Source: Heteronotia binoei (lineage: Eukaryota). Taken from it: a DNA stretch of 64,000 bases. A model generated the notes under the pieces. That model made no database searches. It saw only the letters and a program-made list of their open reading frames with translations, and had not been told where the DNA came from. Location: positions 127,844,001 to 127,908,000 of the forward strand of contig NC_083243.1 of assembly GCF_032191835.1 (NCBI RefSeq). The letters are read 5' to 3'. Position 1 is the first letter of the stretch, and each line of letters begins with the position of its first letter. The translations under genes and the position numbers were made by a program. Shown here one piece after another: positions 1 to 9,319 of this stretch.

Positions 1-680
1 CCCGGACGCCAGACTGGTTTCCCCATAGTTGGGTACATTACCGCAGCCTGCCTGGTTTCTACGGTCTGGAATCAATCGTCTGGCTCCTCTCTCTCACTTT
101 TGGGCATGGAAAGGCTATAGGAGCTATGCTCCGCACCCCCAAGATGGCCGCCGGCAACCCCGAGTCACCCTGAAGGGCCGGGAAGATCTTCTGTGGCGCA
201 ATCTGGGTCTGCCACCACCGCGCCGCTGAAGCGGACAGCACGATCCAACTGCGAAGGTTGCTCAGCCCTGCCCGAAAAATTCACTGCGGCCGCCAATGCG
301 GTGCCCACCTCCACCTCTGAAGAAAAATTGTTGGGAGTGCCCCTGCGCCGCCATTAAAGGAGTGCGAAAAAAAGGTGGGAGCACTCAAAAGGCAAACTTT
401 GGCTCCTCAGCAGAGGAAAGGAAGGAGGAGGAAGAATAAGGTAAGTATTAAGAGGAAAATTAACAAGAAATGTGAAGAAATAGAAGTTAGGAAGAGAAAA
501 GGAAAAAATAGGCAGAACAGAGCCTATAGAATCTGCTGCTGCTCCCTCTGAGGCAGGAACAGAACTGAGGGCAAAGGTCATTCCAAAGGCGCCAACAGGA
601 AGAGGAAAAGGTTTTCCTGCCTCCTTGAAAGAGCGAAGGAATTACCCACAGAGATTTCTTCTGCCTCAGAGGGAGAATGT
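1..680. other. CpG-rich fragment, probably the 5' end of a retroelement (possibly DIRS-like), running off the window
   Basis: High CpG density 1-355, purine/pyrimidine-skewed tract 400-520, 15-bp inverted repeat 542-556/661-675. No diagnostic protein motif. Confidence 0.3.
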
Positions 681-739
681 CAACTCAGTGTGCAGCAGCG
701 GTGAAAAGTCAAGCCCTGTACCATTTTGGAGTTCTTTAA

Positions 740-1650
740 AGTTTGTGGGTAATAGTGCTTTAGTGGATTTTATATACTTGGATTTCCAAAAGACTTTTGA
801 CAAGGTACTTTACCAAAAACTCCTAAGTAATGTTTGCAGTCATAGGAAAAGAGAATGGGTCTTCTTAAAGATTAAAAATTGATTTATTAACAAGAGACAG
901 ATAGTAGGAATAAACATACAGGTCTCACAATAAAAGGAAGCAAGCAGTGGAGCCTCATAAGGAGCAGTATCGGGATCAGTACTATTTAGGTTTTTTCATA
1001 AATTATATAGAATTGGGGGTGCAGAGTGCAGTGGCCAAGTTTGCAGATGATATGAAATTATTCAGGATGATGAAAACCACAACAGATTGTGAAGAGCTAC
1101 ATTAGGATCCCTCTGAAATGACTGAGGGGGCAGCAACATGGCATAAAGTTCTATGTAACTAAGTCCAAGGTGGTGCATACTGGAACAAAAAATCCCAACT
1201 TTATACAGTCTGAAGTTATGGAGACAGAAAGAGAAAGACATGTTGAGATTTCAGTGCATAGCTCAATGAAAAGATCAACTCTGTGCAGCAGTGGTGAAAA
1301 GTCAAACCCTGTGCCAGGGATGAGGAGAGGGATTTAAAATAAAATGGTCAGTATTGTAATGCCCTTCTATAGAGCTAAAATGCACTGATATCTGAAATAC
1401 TGTGTACAGTTCTGGTCACTGTATCTGAAAAAGGACATTGTAGAACTGGGAAAAGGACAACCAAGATTATTAGAGCACCTTTCCTATAGAGCTCTTCATT
1501 TTACAAAAAATACTTATATGATAGAGGCTTATACAATTACTGCTCCCTATTACATAATACTAGAACTCAGGAGCATCCAGTGAAGCTGATGGGCAACACA
1601 TTTTTTTACTCAGTAATTTAAGTTCTAGAATTCACTGCCAGTGGACCACT
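740..1650 (+). mobile_element. Old CR1 LINE 3' fragment (RT)
   Basis: VDFIYLDFQKTFDKV..QKLL motif and KFADD remnant (aagtttgcagatgat). Many stops. Confidence 0.85.
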
Positions 1651-2114
1651 GGTCTAATTAAGATTGATTCTTCTTGTGTTCTTAAATGCCTTTTCCCTCT
1701 CATGGAGTTTACCACCATTTCAAGGGGAAATTTAAATTGTAAAATGCATGGCTAGGAAGGACTAGAGAACACCTATTGCTCACATTTCAAAGAAGCTACC
1801 TGGAGTTGCTAATTAGTTTTATCCTCAAATACACCCATCAATGGAAAATTCTAATCCTTCTGCAGCCAAGCCCTCAGTGTGGAAGACTATACTGAACTCT
1901 GTTAATCAAGATTAATAAATACATTCAAAAATAAAAGTTCTCCAATGAAATAAAATTATGGACAATCATAAATACACCTCTTAATATGGGGCTACACCTG
2001 TCTTTCCCAGTCTGTCTGTATTAACATATACACAATTTCTTATAAAACCCATGAACATTTAAAATTCCTTTAAAATAAATATACTGTATCAGTCAGTCTA
2101 GTGCAGAAACAAAC

Positions 2115-2256
2115 CGGTAAGTTTCCCATTGGCATAGGCATAGCTAGCTGATGTTGGGCGGGGCTTGTTTCTAGTATTTTGCAGCCATTCTTTGAACATC
2201 TTCTCCGATTTTTCTTTTTTCTCCTGCAATTCAGCTTCCAGCTGTCTTTCTTTTTC
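2115..2256 (-). CDS. CCDC34: CCDC34 exon 5 (142 nt, phase 1); terminal exon lies outside the window
   Basis: cctgatag| acceptor, CCG|gtttgt donor. Encodes EKERQLEAELQEKKEKSEKMFKEWLQNTRNKPRPTSASYAYANGKLT(G), matching CCDC34 KPRP..KSYGYANGKLTG. The ORF track shows a different frame here. Confidence 0.93.
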
Positions 2257-2609
2257 CTATCAGGAGACAAGTCAACCACATCAAAATTTCTGAAAAGATC
2301 TCCCCTCTCCCAGCATCTTATTAGCCCATTCTAAACTTCTATACCAGATCACTCTGAGCACAATGCAATCTTAGTTAGTCCCACTGATTTCAATGGCACA
2401 GATTTAAACATGTTTAACTTACCTAACTGAAACCAATGGGATATTATAGCCTAAAATTTTGCCTGGATCATTCCTTTAGGATTTTAAAAATACTGAGTAT
2501 GTTTTATGATCACCATAATAATACCAGATCCCAGTACAGAATAGTGGTTATCAATTAATTCTTCTAATTTATTTAGTAAAATTATTTTCACTATTATTTT
2601 CTCAGACCC

Positions 2610-3547
2610 TGTTTTCCCAGGTTTAGAAAGTATTTTCTACCTTCCCCCAGAAACACAGAACTAATGGGGGAACATCCCTGAGAGCATCCAACTTCGTCAC
2701 CCTCCTAGCAAAGGCGACGGAAACTAAGAAACATACTTTAAGGGAGAGCCAGGAAAGGGAATAGTTGTGAAGCAGTTCAAAGGGAGCCAACATCGAATGA
2801 GACAAAACCAAAGACAGAGACCACTGAGGTACCACATGAGGTTTTGGAGGGCATATATTATAGAGACCCTTGAGAAACTGCTTAGAGGTGAGACGGAAAA
2901 AACCTGACACCACATCCACAATATCGTGCAAGGCCGAAATCAGGGTCAGGTGAACCTTCATGAAGGAGGAAGCTAAACCTGAGTCCTTGAGAGACAGGAG
3001 GAACTCCAAAATTAAGGGCAAGGGGCTGGACAAAGGAGCTGCTCCTCTTTGCCAAGTCAGAAAAGTGGTCCCATTTTCAAATGCAGGAGTTATGTGTTGA
3101 CAATTTATGGGAATGAATGAGTACCTCAAACAACCCACAGAAGAATGTATTAAACAGGAGGGCTCAGAACTCATGCTGCCAGGTGCAGTTGGGTTACAAC
3201 TTGATGACTGAGGGGCCCATGGGTGAGGAGGTCTACTGTGGGCTCCAAAATAATGTAGCACCCACCCCTTTGGACAGGAAGAGCAGTTCTGCAAATCAGA
3301 CCTGCTGGGGCCAATATGAGGCAATCAGAATGCAGTGGGTGTCCTGAACCCGAACTCCACCCAGCAGTCTCCCTATGAGAAGGAGGGGAGCATGAAAGAG
3401 ACCACCTGTTTAGACAACCTGAAATGCATCTCCCAGGGACTATGCATCATGGATCACCCATGAACAGAAAAGCACCGCTGATAAAATTCATCACTGCACT
3501 GGAAGCAGAGAGATTTCCTGTAGTTCGAGTGAACTGAGATATGGAAA
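2610..3547 (-). mobile_element. DIRS-type retrotransposon, 3' part: RT piece, methyltransferase-like domain and N-terminal half of tyrosine recombinase (degenerate)
   Basis: Minus strand reads FHISVHSNYRKSLCFQCSDEFYQ (RT), then SLGDAFQ...CILIASYWPQQ (MT-like), then YR LSLKVCFLVSVAFARRVTKLDAL (DIRS LSLKxAFLVAxTSARRVSEL). Confidence 0.85.
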
Positions 3548-3954
3548 TGTCGGTGTGTGGAGTCCTCCTTCCATAGCCTGACAGCAGCAAGGAAGAAGCA
3601 GGTGGATCTATCTGACAGGTCAGGTCAGAGTAACCTTGTCAGCAAGCCGGTTTTGGCTGGACAATGACTAAGGGAAAGTACCTGCTGGAGTCAGCAAGTA
3701 TATGGACTGCCTTGATTGGCTGATGTATATATATAAGGACTGCATTGCCTATATGTAGTTCTCTCACTCGAGAGGTGGATGCTGGCGGAGCACTTTGTCG
3801 CTCAGATCTATGTTTGTCACCGCACTAGTAGCTTTGTATATATCCTGTAAATACACTGTTTTAATACTAGGTGCTGGTGTGCGGCTCACCTTCCTTCCGC
3901 AGCTTACTATTGTACGGTTCTCTATTCCTCACTCTGCACACACACGCACCGATA
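3548..3954 (+). repeat. 5' LTR of copia element
   Basis: TGTCGG...CCGATA. Internal reverse CCAAT and TATATATAAG near 3715-3737. Confidence 0.95.
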
Positions 3955-4114
3955 GGGTTATGGGCCCAGCGTGGTTCCGCTGCGCAGAGGAGTGTTGAGA
4001 GCTGTCCGGACATAGGCGAGAGACGCCGTGGAGGACAAAGAAGAGGAGTTCCAGCTATCTCTGGCTGAGAGCGAGGGGGAGGACGGCAGCCAGCTGTGTG
4101 GAGGAGTCGGTGAG

Positions 4115-6655
4115 ATGGCTCAGCAACAGCTTGCCGTGGCCGTGAAGAAGCTTACGTCTGCCAACTACGCAGTATGGAGCCTGAGGATGGAGCATTTCCT
4201 GAAGCGTGAGGGTCAATGGCTATTCGTGAGTAACCCCCCTGCTGTATTATCTCCAGCCGAGACTGTGTTGGCTGAAAAAGCACTTGCAAATATAGTGCTG
4301 GCTGTTGGAGATGACCAGCTTATCTATGTGCGTGGCAAGGACTCTGCGAAGGCTGCGTGGGATGCACTCAGTGGTGTGTACGTTAGAACTACTGCAGGCT
4401 CCCTAATGGCCTTGACACGCAAGATGTTCCGCACGCTGATGCCGGCTGGAGGGTGTGTGAGGCAGCACATCAAGAACTTAACAGACTGTTTTGTTGAACT
4501 GGAGACCCAGGGTAAGATCATTGCTGATGATGACAGGGTTTACACACTGTTATCATCTCTACCGCCGGAGTTCTCTCCACTTATTACCTCGTTGGAGACG
4601 GTGGATGTGGCTGCACTAACGATGGAGTATGTGTGTGCACATCTTTATGATTACCAGGAGCGAGTGGCAGCTGTAATCCATCCAGGAGTGTCGGCTGGTG
4701 AGCATGTGTCTGCAGGAGCGTCTGGGAAAGTGTCCAAGCAGGAGCCAGTTTGTGCTGCTGGCAAGCAGCCAAAGCCTGAGACAGAGCCGAGAGCATTGGC
4801 TGTGAAGCGTTGCTACAAATGTGGATCTGCATCGCACCTCTTGCGTGCCTGTCCCGAGGCTGGGAGGAGACGTCGTCAGGGGCAGCGGAGACAGATTACC
4901 ACAAGCAGCTGTGAGGAGGAAGCCCAGCTGGTTACGTCATCAGCAGCGAGTGCCGGGTCGCAGTGGATTTTAGACTCCGGTGCTACAAGTCATCTCTGCT
5001 ATGAGAAAAGCCTGCTGAGAGAAATTAAAAGGTCCAATCTCTCCCACGTGCGGCTAGCTGATGGGTCGTCAGCTGCTGTGGAATGCGTGGGGGGTGTTGA
5101 TTTTCCCTCATTAAGGTGTAAGCTCCAAAATGTACTGTGTGTTCCCACTCTAAGATCAAACTTACTTAGTGTCAGTGCTTTAATTGATGATGGCTTTGAA
5201 GTACTGTTTACAAAGGAATGTTGTAAAATTCTTGGAGGTGGGGGGAAGTTGCTGGCTACTGGCATCAGGGCTGAGAATGTTTATGTGCTTAGAGGTGCGT
5301 CTGTCCATGCAGCTCAGGTCACCAACGTGCCAGTGCATGACAGATATATTCATCTAATTCACCGCAGGCTGAGGCACTGTGGCTTTCATGCCCTAAAGAA
5401 AACCCTGCAAATGATGCTAGATCTAAAAGTCAAACCGTGTAAATGCTTTTTAGACTGCCAGTTCTGTAAGAAGACAAAAAGCAAGGCTTGTGCTGTGGCA
5501 AAGCAAAGCACTAGGGAGACAAAACAGGCTCTAGAACTGCTCCATCTAGATGTCCTGGGGCCTTTTCCCAAAAGCCATTCGGGGAAACGGTTCTGCTTAG
5601 TGGTAACCGATGACCACTCGAGGTTCTCATGGGTGTTTGCAATGGAACATAAGTCGGACGTGTTTAAATGCTTTACACAGTGGGCAAAGGCTGTGGAAAG
5701 GCAGCTAGACTTAAAGATAAAGGCTATTCAATCAGACCGTGGGGGAGAGTTTACCTCGAATAACTTTAAACACTGGCTAGAAAGCAGAGGGATTGCTCAG
5801 AGGCTAGCAAACCCAGCAACCCCACAGGAAAATGATCTAGCAGAGAGGCATGGCGCCATCCTTCAGGGGTATATGTATGCAATGTTAGAAGATGCCAGTC
5901 TACCATTTGTGTATTGGGCAGAAGCCATGCATTCTGCAGCTTATACATATAACAGGGTATGGACTAGGGCTACATGTGACATACCTTATCGAAGGTTGTA
6001 TGGAGAGCTGCCTAACCTAAAATTTCTGAAGGTGTTTGGTACCCGGGCATGGGTTAATATTCCCTTAAAGAACAGAAGAAAGGGAGGTGACCGGGCGATT
6101 TGCCTGACTTTCCTGGGCTACAAGCCAGGAACTAAATCTTATCGGTTTTGTGATAAGAGGGCTAAAATCACCTATAGCCGTTCTGCAAGTTTTAATGAAC
6201 AGAGCAGCTGGGCAAAACTGCACGGCACTGGAAGTGAAACTGTTTTGCTGCCGTGTGCAAACAGCAGCTCTGCGGCAGAGCATAGAGAGATAAAGCATGA
6301 GCCAGAATCTCCAGGTCACGAGGTGGTATCGTTAGAACCTCCAGGTCAGGAGGTGGTATTGCCAGAATCTCCAGCTCAGGAGGTGGCAACGAGTGAGCCC
6401 AGAGGGAGTGAACCCAGTGTGAGTGAGCCCAGTACAAGTGAGGGGCCACGGGTGTCCTCCAGAGCAACGAAAGGCATTCCTCCTGTGAGATATAGGTGTC
6501 CAGAAATAAAGCTGGTCAGTGTGCCTGAGCCTGAAGGATTTCGGGAGATGTTAAAGAAGAGAGCAGCAGAATGGCAGGCTTGGTGCTCAGAGCATAGAGC
6601 ACGGCAAAGTGAGTCTATGACAAAGTGCCAGAACTCAATGCCAGACCAGGACTGA
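4115..6655 (+). CDS. Copia Gag-protease-integrase polyprotein (846 aa from ATG 4115), no RT
   Basis: Gag (KLTSANYAVWSLRM, LLSSLPPEF), Zn knuckle CYKCGSASHLLRAC, protease WILDSGATSH, IN HHCC (HRRLRH...CQFC), DDE (HLDVLGP, SDRGGEF, ENDLAER) and C-terminal FLGY. Stops just after the EP.....EW linker motif. Confidence 0.92.
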   Translation: MAQQQLAVAVKKLTSANYAVWSLRMEHFLKREGQWLFVSNPPAVLSPAETVLAEKALANIVLAVGDDQLIYVRGKDSAKAAWDALSGVYVRTTAGSLMALTRKMFRTLMPAGGCVRQHIKNLTDCFVELETQGKIIADDDRVYTLLSSLPPEFSPLITSLETVDVAALTMEYVCAHLYDYQERVAAVIHPGVSAGEHVSAGASGKVSKQEPVCAAGKQPKPETEPRALAVKRCYKCGSASHLLRACPEAGRRRRQGQRRQITTSSCEEEAQLVTSSAASAGSQWILDSGATSHLCYEKSLLREIKRSNLSHVRLADGSSAAVECVGGVDFPSLRCKLQNVLCVPTLRSNLLSVSALIDDGFEVLFTKECCKILGGGGKLLATGIRAENVYVLRGASVHAAQVTNVPVHDRYIHLIHRRLRHCGFHALKKTLQMMLDLKVKPCKCFLDCQFCKKTKSKACAVAKQSTRETKQALELLHLDVLGPFPKSHSGKRFCLVVTDDHSRFSWVFAMEHKSDVFKCFTQWAKAVERQLDLKIKAIQSDRGGEFTSNNFKHWLESRGIAQRLANPATPQENDLAERHGAILQGYMYAMLEDASLPFVYWAEAMHSAAYTYNRVWTRATCDIPYRRLYGELPNLKFLKVFGTRAWVNIPLKNRRKGGDRAICLTFLGYKPGTKSYRFCDKRAKITYSRSASFNEQSSWAKLHGTGSETVLLPCANSSSAAEHREIKHEPESPGHEVVSLEPPGQEVVLPESPAQEVATSEPRGSEPSVSEPSTSEGPRVSSRATKGIPPVRYRCPEIKLVSVPEPEGFREMLKKRAAEWQAWCSEHRARQSESMTKCQNSMPDQD

Positions 6656-6839
6656 GGTGTAAATAAGTACCTGGGTTTGGGGGAAAGACGACAAAGTGTA
6701 AAATGTATGATGTATGTATGATGAAAATACTGCTGACTGGTGAACAATGTATCTGCATGTGAATGAACATTGTAAGCATTGTAAAAGGTGTAAAGTTGTG
6801 ATATACCTGAATGTGCTATGTACGTCGGACTAGGAGGTG

Positions 6840-7246
6840 TGTCAGTGTGCGGAGTCCTCCTTCCATAGCCTGACAGCAGCAAGGAAGAAGCAGGTGGATC
6901 TATCTGACAGGTCAGGTCAGCGTAACCTTGTCAGCAAGCCGGTTCTGGCTGGACAATGACTAAGGGAAAGTACCTGCTGGAGTCAGCAAGTATATGGACT
7001 GCCTTGATTGGCTGATGTATATATATAAGGACTGCATTGCCTGTATGTAGTTCTCTCACTCGAGAGGTGGATGCTGGCGGAGCACTTTGTCGCTCAGATC
7101 TATGTTTGTCACCGCACTAGTAGCTTTGTATATATCCTGTAAATACACTGTTTTAATACTAGGTGCTGGTGTGTGACTCACCTTCCTTCCGGAGCTTACT
7201 ATTGTTCGGTTCTCTATTCCTCACTCTGCACACACACGCACCGATA
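6840..7246 (+). repeat. 3' LTR of copia element
   Basis: TGTCAG...CCGATA, near-identical to 3548-3954. Confidence 0.95.
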
Positions 7247-9319
7247 ATAAGCATCTTTTAAATCCAAAACTACAAACCACCAATTTAATTTTAACAATTG
7301 CAACACTTGAGAAAGAGGCTCAAACTAGAACTTTCTAATAGGCAAAAACTTGTTTAGGTTATGGAGGTCGAGGATGAAGTGTAGACTGCCACGATTCTTA
7401 AGAGATAGAAAAACAGTGGGAGTAAAAGCCCCCGGCAACTACAGAACTAGGAACTGACTAAACAGAACCCTTTCAAGCAACTTCTAACACCATGGCAAAC
7501 AGGTGAAGGAGACAGCCCAAAGGAGGCTTCTGTAAAAACTCCAACTTGTAACTTCCTTTAATAATAGCCAAACCCAGGCATAAGATGTGATCTTCTGCCA
7601 CTCACTAAGAAATGGAGCAAGTCTGTCCTTCTGTAGTACAGTCAAAACAGTACCTTCTCGCCCTGCTCCTTAAGAGAGCACTATTAGGGAGGCTTCAGCC
7701 TGGCTCTGGAAGGTCAATGCCTGCGATGTGACTGGGCCAAGAAATGGCAGCCATGTCCAACATAAGAAGAGGAGGGTCTTCTTCTGATACCTCGGCTGAT
7801 GGTAGGTGCAATCTCTCAAAGGGAAGCATTGTCTAATGGGTTGCAATGACCAGATGTCATACCCAAGGAACTTGCCATCTGCTTGTTCTTTTGATTTACT
7901 CCAAGGTATCATCCATCCTGACCGAGAATAACTGTTATCCTTCAAAGGGCAAGTCTTCTATTTTAGCATGTGTATGGAGGCAGAGCAATAGAACACAGCC
8001 ACACAAAGTGCCAGAAGGCAGTGCCAGATGCCATATGTCTTACAGAATAGTCTGCTACATGCTTTTCTGCATTCATTTGCTGCTTGAACAGACATGTCAC
8101 TTCAGCATGCAAGAGCCTGACCACTGAGTGATGCTCCTCAGGAAGTGAGTCAAAGCATGGAGCCACCCAATTCCAAAGAAAGAACTGATATGCAGCCATT
8201 ATTGCCTGATAACTCATGATTCTAAAATTCAGCATACTGGCCAAATAGACCTTCCAGCCCTTAGCCTGAATCCCGCAGGCTTTTTATTCACAGGAGCAGA
8301 GTGGGAACCATGACAGTGTTTGGCTTGAAACTCCTCTGTGACCAAAGAGGAAAGGGAAGGATAGGTAAAAAGGAAATCCCAATCTGTCTGTCTAACTTTA
8401 TAAAGATTTCCATTCTGCAGGATGTAGACAGAATAGAGGACAGTTCTCCCCACAAATTCTTAGCCACGTAGAGAAAATCTTCCAGGACAGGAAAGGCAAT
8501 GAAGGTAGGAGTGTCAGAGTAAAGCACTGAGAGAATCTTATACTTGGGCTTCAGGTTGGAGGAGATAACCTCAAGTCTAAGGGACTTAGCCATCCTAATC
8601 ATGTTTGGAGAAGAGATCCTGATTCTCAGTTGATGACACTGGCATGGTACCTCACACTGCTGCATCAGGAGAGGGATTGATAGCTAATTCTGAGCCTGGG
8701 TCAGGACAGTAACCCCCCTCCTGTTTGGAACTGAATACATGCTGTTGATTGGTAGTTGGAGATCCCAGGCAAAAATATGGACCCAGAGAAGAAGCTGATG
8801 CACACTTGTGTGAGGAAATTGGATCTGAGGGGAGCAGGTCATCCCATTGCTATGGGCACAGTACATAGACAGGCCAAGAGCTCCATTTGTAAGAGAATTG
8901 CCAGGGTCCACCCCACCAGGGTTGCGGAGGAAAAGGCCGGGAAGGCGCCAATGGTTTGTCTTGCTGTGTTGGAACCAATGATTGAGGAACTAGAGACAGC
9001 TTCTCCACCTGTATAGGGAAACCAAGGGGGTTCCCAAAATGAGGCAAAGGCATACAGGGAATTGGTGAAGGAGTAGCTTCCACAAGTATTGGTTCTGGCA
9101 AATCACAGACTGGAGTCCTGGATAGTCTACTGGGGTGCTTAGAGCAGTTCAGAACCAAAGTCTTACTGGAGTGTTTGATCTTCAAGTGCACCTTCTTTGT
9201 TGCTTGCTCCAAAGAGCTTCATTGGGCCACAAATGGTTCTTGAGATTGGGACAAGTAACAACAATTTGGCCCTTGGAACAGGTTCACGCGAGGCAGATGA
9301 CTTTGCTGCTCACCTATCA
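7247..9319 (-). mobile_element. DIRS-type retrotransposon, 5' part: gag-like ORF1 and RT N-terminus (degenerate)
   Basis: ORF1 remnants MASGTAFWHFVWLCSIALPP (DIRS MA..VALRRHAWLRS..LPP) and FPVLEDFL..AKNLW. RT remnant LAPFLSEWQKIT...ILDLHNLNKF...VLDLKDAY ends at 7247. Confidence 0.82.

Larger units (their letters stand above)
3548..7246 (+). mobile_element. Ty1/copia LTR retrotransposon lacking RT/RNase H (LTR-PBS-gag/PR/IN-PPT-LTR)
   Basis: Direct repeats 3548-3954 and 6840-7246 (407 bp, about 9 differences by hand count). PBS GGGTTATGGGCCCAGC at 3955-3970. Purine-rich GGACTAGGAGG before the 3' LTR. Copia domain order with IN directly after PR. Confidence 0.95.

Noticed and set aside
4028-4114. 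GTG-initiated N-terminal extension of copia Gag
   Set aside because: ATG 4115 has good Kozak context and precedes the conserved Gag start. The extension is unsupported.
4115-6655. Domesticated retrotransposon-derived host gene
   Set aside because: Both LTRs, PBS and PPT are intact and about 98% identical, indicating a recent insertion rather than an old co-opted gene.
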